From Phycisphaerales bacterium (GTDB lineage: Bacteria > Planctomycetota > Phycisphaerae > Phycisphaerales > SM1A02): a stretch of DNA of 64,000 nt. Positions 52,526 through 62,370 of the stretch are shown here, piece after piece. Each line of letters starts with the position of its first letter. Position 1 is the stretch's first letter. Where the stretch lies: assembly GCA_044233905.1 (NCBI GenBank), contig JBIIJH010000001.1, positions 10,442 to 74,441 on the forward strand, given 5' to 3'. Position numbers and translations under genes: made by a program. A model generated the notes under the pieces. The model searched no databases, had not been told where the DNA came from, and worked only from the letters and a program-made list of their open reading frames with translations.

Positions 52526-53047
52526 ATGCAGGCCACGCGCACAACCCCGATTCCGTGGATTGCCGCCGCGGCCCTGCTGGCGGCGGGATGTGCCGCAAGC
52601 CCGTCGGTGCGGGCCGTGGAGGCTCGGACCGTCTCCAAGACGGCGGAGGGTTCCTCGATCCACATGAAACTGGAGCTCGAGAACCCGAACGACGCGCCCG
52701 TCGAGCTGACGATGTGGGACTACTCCGTCAGCGTGAATGACCAGTCGGTCTACTCCGGACAATGGGTGGCGTCGCTCACCGTGCCGCCGAAGGAACGCAT
52801 GCTGGCCGAGCTCCCGGCATTCGTGCCGGCCTCGGCGGGCGATGTGCCCGGCGCCAGTTGGCGCGTGAGCGGGATCCTCTCCTACCGCGCCACCGGCAAG
52901 CTGGACAAGCTGCTGTACCAGCTGGGCATCAACCGGCTGAGCACGTTCTTCGAAGGCAAGGCGACGGGGATCGCGGCCATGCCGGCTCCGGTGGCTGCGC
53001 CTGCGGCTGCACCCGCGGCGGCACCTGCGCCTGGCGCACCGAACTGA
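52526..53047 (+). CDS. LEA type 2 (WHy/LEA_2) family lipoprotein with a Pro/Ala tail
   Basis: Probable lipobox AALLAAGC. LEA_2 pattern IHMKLELENPNDAPVELTMWDYSVSVNDQSVYSG. C-terminus PAPVAAPAAAPAAAPAPGAPN. Confidence 0.65.
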   Translation: MQATRTTPIPWIAAAALLAAGCAASPSVRAVEARTVSKTAEGSSIHMKLELENPNDAPVELTMWDYSVSVNDQSVYSGQWVASLTVPPKERMLAELPAFVPASAGDVPGASWRVSGILSYRATGKLDKLLYQLGINRLSTFFEGKATGIAAMPAPVAAPAAAPAAAPAPGAPN

Positions 53048-53095
53048 CATCGAAACAAGGAAGTAGCCCGGAGCCGCCGGAGGGGAGCGCCGCAC

Positions 53096-55285
53096 TCAGC
53101 GGCTGTGCGGAGACTCCGACTGCACCGCACGACGGTCCGCCGCGCGGTCCGCGTAGTAGGCGATGAGCCGCGCGTTCACGCCGAGCGCGCGCGGGTCGTC
53201 CGGAGGGAGGTCGGCGCACTCGAGCTGGCGATACGTGCCGTCGGGCTGCATCTGCCAGGAGGAACGCCGGTCCTCGAGGCACATCTGCAGGCAATCCCAG
53301 AGCGTGCGGCGCGCATCGGCACTGCGCACGGGCGTGGCGGCCTCGACGCGCGTCTGCAGGTTGCGGTACATCCAGTCGGCGCTGCCGATGAAGAAGTCGC
53401 CCTCGAGCGGGTCTTCCTTCCCTGCACCGAACCAGAAGATGCGGCTGTGCTCCAGGAAGCGGCCCACCACGGAACGAATGCGGATGTTGGCGCTGAGGCC
53501 CGGCATGGCGGGGCGCAGGCAGCAGAATCCGCGGACGACCAGGTCGACCTGGACACCGGCCTGGCTCGCGCGGTACAGCGCATCCATCACGCCGCGGTCC
53601 TCGAGCTGGTTCATCTTGGCGATGATGCGGCCCGTGCCACCCTCGGACGCGATGCGCGCCTCTCGGTCGATGAGCTCGAGGAACCGCTTCTTCATGGCCA
53701 CCGGCGCCACCAGCAGGCTGCGGTACTCGCGCTGCCGCGATCGGCCGGTCATGTAGTTGAAGAGGTTGATCAGGTCCTCGGTGATCTCCGGATCGGCCGT
53801 CAGCAGGCCGATGTCCTCGTAGACGCGCGCGGTGCGGCTGTTGTAGTTGCCGGTGCCGATGTGCGCGTACGAGCGGAGACCGCCCTCTTCCTGGCGGATC
53901 ACCAGCGCGGTCTTGGTGTGCGTCTTGTAGCCGACCACGCCGTAGGCGACGTGCACGCCCGCGTCCTCGAGCTTGCGCGCCCAGAGGATGTTGCGCGCCT
54001 CGTCGAAGCGCGCGCGGAGCTCCACCAGCACCGCCACCTGCTTGCCGCTCTCGGCGGCGCGGATGAGGCTCGAGATGAAGGGGCTGTCGCCCGAGGTGCG
54101 GTACAGGCTCTGCTTGATGCAGAGGACCTTCGGGTCCGCGGCGGCGTCCTCGATGAACTTCTCCACCGAACCCTCGAACGACTCGTACGGGTGGTGCACC
54201 AGGATGTCGCCCGCGCGGATGGCGGCGAAGATGTCGGCGTCGGCATCCTCGAGCCCCGCGGGAGCGAGGACGTTCATGCGCGGCCAATGCAGCTCGGCGA
54301 TGTCGGTGTCGGCGATCTCGTTGAGCGCGCTGTAGTCCATGAGGCCCTCGGCCTCGTAGACGTCCTCGGCATCCACCTGCAGCTCGTCCATGAGGAACTT
54401 GAGGATGCGCGGGTTGGCGCCGGCGGCGATCTCCAGGCGCACCACGCGCGCGAAGCGGCGCTCCTTGAGGAGGTGCTGCGTGGCTTCCAGGAGATCCTCG
54501 GTGTCCTCGTTGTCACGCTCCACCTCGGCATTGCGGGTGACGCGGAAGGCGAGCACCTTCAGGATCTCCATGCCGGGGAAGAGGTCATCGAGGTTGTGCT
54601 CGACGATCGCCTGCACGGCGATGAAGTCGTTGCCTCCCTCGAAGCGGAAGAGCCGCGAGGGGATCTCGGGCACCTTCACGCGCGCGAAGAGCTGCTCGCT
54701 CTCGCCGGGGCGGCGCAGCATGACGCCGAGCGAGACGCTCATGTTGCTGATGAACGGGAAGCGGTGGCCGGGGTCGACGGCGAGCGGCGTCAGGATCGGG
54801 AAGACGCTGCGGCGGAACCACGCCTCGGCCTCCACGCGCTGCGAATCGTTGAGCTGCTCCCAGCGGAGGATGCGGATGCCGTAGGGCGCAAGGCCCGGGA
54901 GCACGCGGTCGCGGAACGTGACGGCCTGGCGATGGCCGAGCGTGGCCACGCGGGCGCGGATGCCGTCGAGCTGCTGCGCGGGGGTCAGCGCCTCGGGCAC
55001 GGGGCCGGAGACGCCGGCCTCGATCTGGCGCTTGAGGACGCCGACGCGCTTCATGAAGAACTCGTCGAGGTTCGCCGAGTAGATGGAGAGGAAGCGCAGG
55101 CGCTCGAGAAGCGGCGTGCGCGCGTCGGCGGCGATGTCGAGGACGCGTGCGTTGAACTCGAGCCACTCGATGTCGCGGTTGAGGAAGCGCGCCGGATCGG
55201 TGTAGTCGACGGTGAGGCTCGGCTGGCCTGCAGACGTGGCGGTGGCGGGGGCTCCGGCCGGAATGCTGGCAGCGGCGTCGCTCAT
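53096..55285 (-). CDS. ppk: polyphosphate kinase 1
   Basis: 729 aa: FLNRDIEWLEFNARVL..LRFLSIYSANLDEFFMKRV, two PLD-like HKD-type domains, and KTHTKTALVIR. Confidence 0.95.
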   Translation of the reverse strand: MSDAAASIPAGAPATATSAGQPSLTVDYTDPARFLNRDIEWLEFNARVLDIAADARTPLLERLRFLSIYSANLDEFFMKRVGVLKRQIEAGVSGPVPEALTPAQQLDGIRARVATLGHRQAVTFRDRVLPGLAPYGIRILRWEQLNDSQRVEAEAWFRRSVFPILTPLAVDPGHRFPFISNMSVSLGVMLRRPGESEQLFARVKVPEIPSRLFRFEGGNDFIAVQAIVEHNLDDLFPGMEILKVLAFRVTRNAEVERDNEDTEDLLEATQHLLKERRFARVVRLEIAAGANPRILKFLMDELQVDAEDVYEAEGLMDYSALNEIADTDIAELHWPRMNVLAPAGLEDADADIFAAIRAGDILVHHPYESFEGSVEKFIEDAAADPKVLCIKQSLYRTSGDSPFISSLIRAAESGKQVAVLVELRARFDEARNILWARKLEDAGVHVAYGVVGYKTHTKTALVIRQEEGGLRSYAHIGTGNYNSRTARVYEDIGLLTADPEITEDLINLFNYMTGRSRQREYRSLLVAPVAMKKRFLELIDREARIASEGGTGRIIAKMNQLEDRGVMDALYRASQAGVQVDLVVRGFCCLRPAMPGLSANIRIRSVVGRFLEHSRIFWFGAGKEDPLEGDFFIGSADWMYRNLQTRVEAATPVRSADARRTLWDCLQMCLEDRRSSWQMQPDGTYRQLECADLPPDDPRALGVNARLIAYYADRAADRRAVQSESPHSR

Positions 55286-55665
55286 CGGCCCGTCCCCTGG
55301 AAGGGGCTCAGGTAGGTGGCGGTGCAGCCGGGGGCCTCGCCGACGCTCACGGACTGGACGCAGACCCCGCGCGGCAGGTGTCCGGAGAGCTCGACGGCGA
55401 TGAACTGCGCCACCAGCTCGGCGCTCGGGTTGACGCGGTCGAAGGGCGGCGTGTCGTTCAGGTTGCGGTTGTGGAAGCGGCCGATGATGCCGTCAAGCGC
55501 CCGCTCCATGGCGTGGAAGTCCACCAGCAGGCCGTCGGCATCGAGGCTCGGGCCGGCCAGCGTGGCGCCCACGGCCCAGTTGTGGCCGTGGATGGGCTCC
55601 CGCACACCGCCGATGTCGAGCGAGTGGGCGGCGCTGAAGGAGCGCTCGATCCGGATCAGGTACAT
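55282..55665 (-). CDS. queD: 6-carboxy-5,6,7,8-tetrahydropterin synthase (QueD / PTPS family)
   Basis: 127 aa: FSAAHSL...HGHNW..DFHAMERAL. The stop overlaps the ppk start by 4 nt. Confidence 0.9.
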   Translation of the reverse strand: MYLIRIERSFSAAHSLDIGGVREPIHGHNWAVGATLAGPSLDADGLLVDFHAMERALDGIIGRFHNRNLNDTPPFDRVNPSAELVAQFIAVELSGHLPRGVCVQSVSVGEAPGCTATYLSPFQGTGR

Positions 55666-55692
55666 GGACCGCGCAGTATAGGGAAACCTTTC

Positions 55693-57111
55693 ATGGATTC
55701 CGATAGCCTGAAGGTTCAAATGCAGCACACCGAAGCACCCCTGATGCTCTCCGTTTCCGGCGCCCGCGGCATCGTTGGAAAGACCATGACCCCCGAGGTG
55801 GCGGCCGCGTACGGCGCGGCGTTCGGATCGTTCCTCAAGGCCACCACCGGCAAGAAGCGGCCGAAGGTGGTGGTGGGGCTCGATGGGCGAATCAGCGGTC
55901 CGCCGCTCGAGGCGGCGGCGATCGGCGGCCTGCTGGCCACCGGGTGCGACGTGATCGACATCGGCGTGGCGATGACGCCGACGGTGGGCGTGATGATCGG
56001 GCACCACCAGGCCGACGGCGGGCTCACCGTCACCGCGAGCCACAACCCGATCGAGTGGAACGGCATCAAGTGCCTCGACGGCGACGGCCTGGCGCCGCCG
56101 CCCGCGATCGCCAAGGAGATCGTCGACCGCTTCAAGGAGCGGCGCATCGACTGGTGCGCGCCGCTCGAGACCGGGCGCGTGACGCCGGACGGCAGCGCCG
56201 CGCGGGTCCACCTGGACCGCGTGCTGGCGCACGTGGACGTGGCGGCGATCCGCGCCAAGCGATTCACCGTGGTGCTCGACAGCGTGAACGGCAGCGGCTG
56301 CCACGGCGGGCGGATGCTGCTGGAGGAGCTTGGCTGCACGGTCGTGCACATCTTCGGGGAGCAGACGGGCGTCTTCGGACACGTGCCGGAGCCGCTGGTC
56401 GAGAACCTCGTGGACCTGGCGAAGGCCGTGCGCGAGACGCCGGGGGCGGCGTGCGGCTTTGCGCAGGACCCGGACGCAGACCGGCTGGCGATCGTCGACG
56501 AGCGCGGGACGTTCATCGGCGAGGAATGCACGCTGGTGCTCTCCGCGCTGCGCATGCTGCAGCGCACGGGTGGCGGCGCACTCGCGGCGAACTTGAGCAC
56601 CAGCCGCATGATCGACGACGTGGCGGCGCGCTTCGCGGGTTCGCGCGTGGCGCGCACCGCGGTGGGCGAGGCGAACGTGGTGGCCGGCCTGCGCGGCGCG
56701 AACGGCATCCTGGGTGGCGAAGGCAACGGCGGAGTGATCTATCCGCCGGTGTGCTTCGTGCGCGATTCGCTGACGGCGATGGCGCTGACGCTCGAATTGC
56801 TGGCGCACGAGGGCAAGCCGCTCTCGGCGCTGGTGGCCGCCTTGCCCCGCTACGCGATGATCAAGCGAAAGATGGAGTTGGCCGCGGTCGGCGGCATGGC
56901 AGCCGTGGGCCCCGCGCTCGCCAAGGTGAAGGCTGCGTTCGCCAAGGAACGGATCAGTGACGTGGATGGCGTGCGCGTCGACTTCGCCGACGGCTGGGTG
57001 CACCTGCGCGCGAGCAACACGGAGCCGATCATCCGGATCATCGCGGAGGCAGCGACCGCCGAGCGCGCGAATGCGCTGTGCGACGAGTGCGCGCGCGTGG
57101 CGGGGGTGTAG
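55693..57111 (+). CDS. alpha-D-phosphohexomutase (phosphomannomutase/phosphoglucomutase/GlmM superfamily)
   Basis: Active-site loop LTVTASHNPIEWNG, metal loop FAQDPDADRL, sugar loop GGEGNGG. ATG at 55693 (alternative 55720). Confidence 0.85.
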   Translation: MDSDSLKVQMQHTEAPLMLSVSGARGIVGKTMTPEVAAAYGAAFGSFLKATTGKKRPKVVVGLDGRISGPPLEAAAIGGLLATGCDVIDIGVAMTPTVGVMIGHHQADGGLTVTASHNPIEWNGIKCLDGDGLAPPPAIAKEIVDRFKERRIDWCAPLETGRVTPDGSAARVHLDRVLAHVDVAAIRAKRFTVVLDSVNGSGCHGGRMLLEELGCTVVHIFGEQTGVFGHVPEPLVENLVDLAKAVRETPGAACGFAQDPDADRLAIVDERGTFIGEECTLVLSALRMLQRTGGGALAANLSTSRMIDDVAARFAGSRVARTAVGEANVVAGLRGANGILGGEGNGGVIYPPVCFVRDSLTAMALTLELLAHEGKPLSALVAALPRYAMIKRKMELAAVGGMAAVGPALAKVKAAFAKERISDVDGVRVDFADGWVHLRASNTEPIIRIIAEAATAERANALCDECARVAGV

Positions 57112-60100
57112 TCAGGGGGCGAGCGGAGCAACAGATTCGCCAAGTCGACGGCGCACCTGCTCGTCCCAAACCTCGCCGACCACGATGAGGGCCGCAATGC
57201 GCTTCTCCCCCGCAAATCGGGGATCGTTGAGCACGAATCGCTGAAGATCCGCAACATTGCCCGAGCCTGCGCTGAAAGCCGCAAGCTGCGGGCTCAGCGC
57301 TGCGCGCGCTTCATCGACCAGATTGACACAGGTACGAAACTGGCTGATGCGTTTGGACATGGGAATGGCCTGCCAAACGAGCACCCGCTTGTCATCACTG
57401 CCGCTCGCGAGAGCCAGACCATCAGGGCTGAACGCAACACTGTTGACTTTTCCGGTGTGCCCTTGCAGGGGCTCTCCGAGTGGAAGGCCGGTCGCTGTGT
57501 CCCACAGGCGGATGTATGTGTCAAAACTTCCGCTTGCGATGGTCTTGCCGTCCGGGCTGAATGCAACGCTGGCGACAACATCCTTGTGCCCCGTCAGTGG
57601 GTTGCCTCGCGGTTTGCCTGACGCTGTATCCCACAGACGGATGGTTTTGTCGTCGCTCGCGCTCGCAATGATCCCGCCGTCCTGACTAAAGGCCACTCCT
57701 CGTACAGGCCCTGCATGGCCAACGATCGCCCAGATCTGAACACGCGACTCAGCGTCCCAAAGCAGGATCTTCCCGTCGCTGCTTGCGCTTGCGATCTTGC
57801 TTCCGCCCTTGGGGCTGAACGCGACGCTGAGAACGCGATCCTGATGCCCAGAGAGTGGCGCAAAGCACTCTTTCCCTGTAGCCACATTCCACACGCGGAC
57901 GGTCTTATCAGCGCTCCCGCTCACAAGCTTCTTCCCGTCCGGGCTGAAGGCAATGCTGAACACGCTATCCGAGTGCCCCTTTAGCACGCGGACGGTATCT
58001 CCCCAGAGGCGAATCGTTCGGTCAAGGCAGCCGCTTGCGATCTGCTTTCCATCGCGGCTGATGGCGACGCTCATGACCTCGCTGTCGTGACCTGGCAAGG
58101 GCGCGCCAATTGCGCGACCGATCGCCGTGTCCCACAGACGGATGGACTTATCAACGCCACCGGAAACGATGGTCTGCCGATCCCGGCTGAATGCAACGCT
58201 GCGGACTCCGCCTTCTTGCGCCCGCAGCCTCTCGTAATCGGTATGTTCGGGCATGACGTCCCATAGGCAAACTGCTCCGTCCGCGCTGCCGCTCACGATC
58301 CGCTCCCCGTCTGGGCTGAAGGCTGCTTCGTACACCCTATCCGTAGTACTAAACACAGCGCGCACCTGCGTGCCCGTCTCGGTATTCCAGAGCCGGATGG
58401 TCTTATCGAAGCTTGCACTTACGATGAACTCTCCGTCGAAGCGGAAGGCGACGCTCGTGACATCGTCTTCATGCCCGGATAGCGTTCTGCGTAACTCTCC
58501 CGTCTCGGCGTCCCATAGACGGATGCACTTGTCCACGCTTGCACTTGCGATGATCCGGCCATCTGGGCTGAAGGCAACCCGATTGATTGGGCCATTGTGT
58601 CCGGAGAGCTCCAACGGCTGCTTGCGATTCTCTATGTCCCCTATGTCCCAGACGCGGACCGTACGGTCGTCACCACCGCTCGCGATCCGCTTTCCGTCCC
58701 GGCTGAATGCAACCCCGTTGACGGCTCTTGTATTGCCTACAAACGACCTGATTCTGCGGAAGTCCTTGGCGTCCCACAGAACGATCGTCCCGTCTTCGTT
58801 TGCGCTGGCGATCTTGCTTCCGTCCCGGCTGAATGCGACCCCGCAGACCTTCTGCGTGGGCTGTCCCAGCAGTTCTCCGCGCAACTTGCCTGTCTTGGTT
58901 TCCCACAGGCGGACCGTCGTGTCGAAGCTACCGCTTGCGAGCGTCGTGCCATCGGGACTAAACGCAACGCTAGTAATCAAGTTTCTGTGCCCGGACAGCG
59001 TTGTAAGTAACTTTTTCGTCTTGGCGTCCCACAGAAGGATTGTTGCATCGTCGCTTGCGCTTGCGATCGTGCTCACATCCGGGTGGCTGATCGCGACGCT
59101 GCGGGCCACCCCCTTGTGTAGCCCTAAGGGTTCGCCCACCGACTTGTCTGACTCCGCGACCGCATAGCGGACATCGAATCGATTTCGCTGTCCCGAACCC
59201 TCGAGCGTCGCGAGGTCGGTCTTAAGTTGCTCTTTCTGGCCCGACTCCGAAGCCCTCATGGCGCTGTTGACCGTGATTGCTGTGATCAAGTTGTTGGCTC
59301 GGTCGCGCTCGGACTCCGCCGTCAATCGAACTCGATCAGCCGCAGCACGCGCCGCGTCCGCAGCCGCTCGCTCGCTGATGGCCACGTCGCGCACCTCCTC
59401 CGCCTCCGCGCGCGCGGACTCCGCGTCCTTGCGCGCCGCGTCCGCCTTCGCCTCGCTGGCAACGGCCGCTTCCTTCGCCGTGACCGCATCCTGTCGTGCG
59501 ACCTCAGCCACCCGCCACTGCCACGTCGCCACACCAAGCCCCACCACCAGCGCCGTCATCACCGCGCCCACCCCGATCACCAGCCCGCGATTCCGCCGCA
59601 CATACTTGCGCATGCGGTAGGCCGACGATTCCGGTGCCGCCGCGATCGGCTTGCCCTGCAGATAGTTCCGCACATCTTCCGCAAGCGCCATCGCCGTCTG
59701 GTACCGATGCTGCGGCTCCTTCCGCATGGCCTTCTGTGGGATCCACTCCAACTCGCCGCGTAGACGACGCACCAAGTCCGCCGCACGCAACTTGCGCGCT
59801 GACTCGATTCGGGTGATGGTCGCCTGATCCTTCGTGCAGATCGTCGAGAGCCGCGCACTCGGGCTCGGCGGATCCTGCTCGCGAATCGTTCGTTGGATCT
59901 CGCCGTATGCCTTCTTGCGCAGTTCTTTCGCGTCGAATGGCGTGGCACCGACGAGCAATTCATACAGAAGCACACCAAGCGAGTAGATGTCGCTGCGCGT
60001 GTCGATATCGCCTGCCGTCGGGTCCGCCTGCTCCGGGCTCATGTACTCCGGCGTACCGATCATCTGCCCGGTCTCGGTGAAAATCGTGTGCTCGGTCATG

Positions 60101-60654
60101 CGCTGGCTCATGGCCTTCGCCACACCAAAGTCGATCACCTTGAGCTTCGCGCCTTCACCCTCGACCATAAAGGCGAGCACGTTGCCCGGTTTCAGGTCAC
60201 GGTGCACAATGCCCTTGAGATGCGCGTGCTGCACCGCTTCGCATGCTTGCTCAAAGAGCTTCAACCGCTCGTCAATGCTGAGTTTGACTCGGTCGCAGAA
60301 CTCCGTGATCGGCTCGCCCTTCACGTACTCCATGGCGAAGTAGGGTCGACCTTGCGCCGTCAGCCCGCCGTCAAAGACCTTGGCGATCCCGGGGTGATTC
60401 ATCACGGCCAGCGCCTGGCGCTCTTGATCGAAGCGCGCCACCACGGCCTTTGAATCCATCCCCGCTTTCACAAGCTTGAGTGCGACGCGCTGCACGAAGG
60501 GGTGGCGCCGCTCGGCAAGCCATACGGAGCCGAAGCCGCCTTCACCCAAGGGCGAGATCAACTTGTATGGACCAACTTGCGCACCGGGGACCTCGTCGAA
60601 GCCGCCTGAGCCCTGGGCGCCGAAACTGACAGTTTCCTCCGGAGTCATGCGCAC
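57112..60654 (-). CDS. Ser/Thr protein kinase - TM - coiled coil - 14 x WD40 repeat protein
   Basis: N-terminal Hanks kinase (GEGGFGSVW, VALKLV, HRDLKPGNVL, DFGVAK, GTPEYMSPEQ), TM LVIGVGAVMTALVVGLGVATW and an Ala/Glu/Arg coiled coil. 14 WD-type blade ends (LWD/VWD/LWN/LWE/LWG/VWN/VWQ) were counted by eye. Confidence 0.9.
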   Translation of the reverse strand: MRMTPEETVSFGAQGSGGFDEVPGAQVGPYKLISPLGEGGFGSVWLAERRHPFVQRVALKLVKAGMDSKAVVARFDQERQALAVMNHPGIAKVFDGGLTAQGRPYFAMEYVKGEPITEFCDRVKLSIDERLKLFEQACEAVQHAHLKGIVHRDLKPGNVLAFMVEGEGAKLKVIDFGVAKAMSQRMTEHTIFTETGQMIGTPEYMSPEQADPTAGDIDTRSDIYSLGVLLYELLVGATPFDAKELRKKAYGEIQRTIREQDPPSPSARLSTICTKDQATITRIESARKLRAADLVRRLRGELEWIPQKAMRKEPQHRYQTAMALAEDVRNYLQGKPIAAAPESSAYRMRKYVRRNRGLVIGVGAVMTALVVGLGVATWQWRVAEVARQDAVTAKEAAVASEAKADAARKDAESARAEAEEVRDVAISERAAADAARAAADRVRLTAESERDRANNLITAITVNSAMRASESGQKEQLKTDLATLEGSGQRNRFDVRYAVAESDKSVGEPLGLHKGVARSVAISHPDVSTIASASDDATILLWDAKTKKLLTTLSGHRNLITSVAFSPDGTTLASGSFDTTVRLWETKTGKLRGELLGQPTQKVCGVAFSRDGSKIASANEDGTIVLWDAKDFRRIRSFVGNTRAVNGVAFSRDGKRIASGGDDRTVRVWDIGDIENRKQPLELSGHNGPINRVAFSPDGRIIASASVDKCIRLWDAETGELRRTLSGHEDDVTSVAFRFDGEFIVSASFDKTIRLWNTETGTQVRAVFSTTDRVYEAAFSPDGERIVSGSADGAVCLWDVMPEHTDYERLRAQEGGVRSVAFSRDRQTIVSGGVDKSIRLWDTAIGRAIGAPLPGHDSEVMSVAISRDGKQIASGCLDRTIRLWGDTVRVLKGHSDSVFSIAFSPDGKKLVSGSADKTVRVWNVATGKECFAPLSGHQDRVLSVAFSPKGGSKIASASSDGKILLWDAESRVQIWAIVGHAGPVRGVAFSQDGGIIASASDDKTIRLWDTASGKPRGNPLTGHKDVVASVAFSPDGKTIASGSFDTYIRLWDTATGLPLGEPLQGHTGKVNSVAFSPDGLALASGSDDKRVLVWQAIPMSKRISQFRTCVNLVDEARAALSPQLAAFSAGSGNVADLQRFVLNDPRFAGEKRIAALIVVGEVWDEQVRRRLGESVAPLAP

Positions 60655-60718
60655 AGGATACGGAAATCTGCGCGAGCGTCTCCAGCCGGCTGGCGCAGCT
60701 CAGTGCGTGTTTTACAGC

Positions 60719-62338
60719 CTACGCCGGCTCGAACGCGATGCTCGCAACCGTCACGTCGTCGAAGTAGGGCTCGCCCTGGGCATGCCGCTCGAGGAGCGAC
60801 AGCAGGCGCGCCACGTCCTCGTCGGTGCCCGAACTGCCCTGGAGTGCCGACACGACCGGCCCGCAACCCATCATCACGCCATCGGCGTTGGGCTGCTCCG
60901 ATATGCCGTCGCTGAACAGGACCACTCGGTCGCCGGGAGCCAGAAGCACCGCACCGCTCGTGTAGGGGAAGTCACCGACCGCACCGAGCGGCGGACCGCC
61001 GCCCTCGGGCACCAGCAATTCGGCCCGGTCACCATGCATGCGGACCGCGAACGAATGGCCGGCGTCCACCGCGGAACACGCGCCATGCGGGGAAACTTCG
61101 AACGCAAAGACGGTGACGAACGAACCCACCCCGGCCTCCATCGAGCCACCGCCGCGCGCGATGTGCGTGCCGATGCGCTCCATCACCCGCTCGAGCGATG
61201 CGCCCTCCGCGATTGCCGCCTCGGCGTAGGCCACGGTCGCGGCCATGACCAGGCCCGCCGGCGCGCCCTTGCCCGCCACGTCGCCCAGGAAGACCACTGA
61301 TCCGCCGTCCGGACGCGCGAACACGGCGAACAAGTCGCCGCTCACCTGGAGCCCTGGGCGACTGGACATGGTCCAGCGCACGCATCCGCGCGTGCCACGC
61401 TCGCCGGGAAGCAGGCGCGCCTGTGCGCGGCGAGCCTCCGCCAGTTCCGCAGAGAGCTGCCGGCGTGTCAACGACTCCAGTGCGAGCGCCGCAAGCCGCG
61501 CGACCACGTTGACGAACGGCGCAGCCGACGTGCGGCGAGCCCCGCGATCCGACGTATCGACCGCCAGCACGCGGCCCGTGGTGCCCAGGGGCACCGCAAG
61601 CGCCGCGGTGGTTCCCGCGGCCATGACGCTCTGGGCGCCGCTGAAACGCAGGTCGTCCTCCAGCCGCACCATCGAACCGGCGTCCAGTGCCCCGCCAAGG
61701 AGCGTTCGGCTGATCGGCTTTGCCTCGTCTTCGTCGGCCGCGGCGGCCATCGCGCGGACGCCCCACGCGGACTCCGCCCCGGCGACGCGGCGCTCGGCAA
61801 CCACCGCGCGACGGAAGTCGCCGGCGTCGACAAGCGCGTCGACGAGCACGCGCTCGAGCGCGTCTTCGTCGTCGGCAAGCGCAAGGCGCGATGCCACGTC
61901 GGTCAACGCCGAGAGGCGGAGCTCGGCCAGCGACTCAAGCGCATGCGCCGGCACCGTCGCCACGCGGCCGCCAACGCCGTCGACGAACGCGGGTGCCGCG
62001 CCCGTCGTCGAGCCGTTGACCACGTCCCCATCCGCCAGGTCCACCCGCAGCCGATACGGCCCGATGGTCACTCGGGAACCATGGCGCAGCGGCACCCATG
62101 CGTCCAACGGGGCCGGCTGCCCACCCACGAGCGTCCCCGCCTGCCCACGGTTGCACAATTCCCAGACCCCGTCGCGGTCACGCAGTTCGGCATGACGGCG
62201 CGAGACCGATCGGTCGGGCAGGACGATCTCGCACCCGGCATCCCGGCCGATCGAACGCGGCACTCCATCCGCAACGAAGGAGACCGGCGGATGCCCGCCC
62301 CCCTCGAACCGCAGAGTGATCGTGACCGCCGGAGGCAT
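60719..62338 (-). CDS. FHA domain - central (GAF-like) domain - PP2C/SpoIIE-type phosphatase
   Basis: FHA: RSIGRDAGCEIVLPDRSVSRRHAEL..NRGQAGTLVGG. C-terminal SpoIIE-like part: QVSGDLFAVF..VVFLGDVAGKGAPAGLVMA..VVLFSDGISE..DDVTVASI. ATG at 62338 verified. Confidence 0.8.
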   Translation of the reverse strand: MPPAVTITLRFEGGGHPPVSFVADGVPRSIGRDAGCEIVLPDRSVSRRHAELRDRDGVWELCNRGQAGTLVGGQPAPLDAWVPLRHGSRVTIGPYRLRVDLADGDVVNGSTTGAAPAFVDGVGGRVATVPAHALESLAELRLSALTDVASRLALADDEDALERVLVDALVDAGDFRRAVVAERRVAGAESAWGVRAMAAAADEDEAKPISRTLLGGALDAGSMVRLEDDLRFSGAQSVMAAGTTAALAVPLGTTGRVLAVDTSDRGARRTSAAPFVNVVARLAALALESLTRRQLSAELAEARRAQARLLPGERGTRGCVRWTMSSRPGLQVSGDLFAVFARPDGGSVVFLGDVAGKGAPAGLVMAATVAYAEAAIAEGASLERVMERIGTHIARGGGSMEAGVGSFVTVFAFEVSPHGACSAVDAGHSFAVRMHGDRAELLVPEGGGPPLGAVGDFPYTSGAVLLAPGDRVVLFSDGISEQPNADGVMMGCGPVVSALQGSSGTDEDVARLLSLLERHAQGEPYFDDVTVASIAFEPA

Positions 62339-62370
62339 GCCGAAAATGATACGGGAACCAGTGCAGGCGT

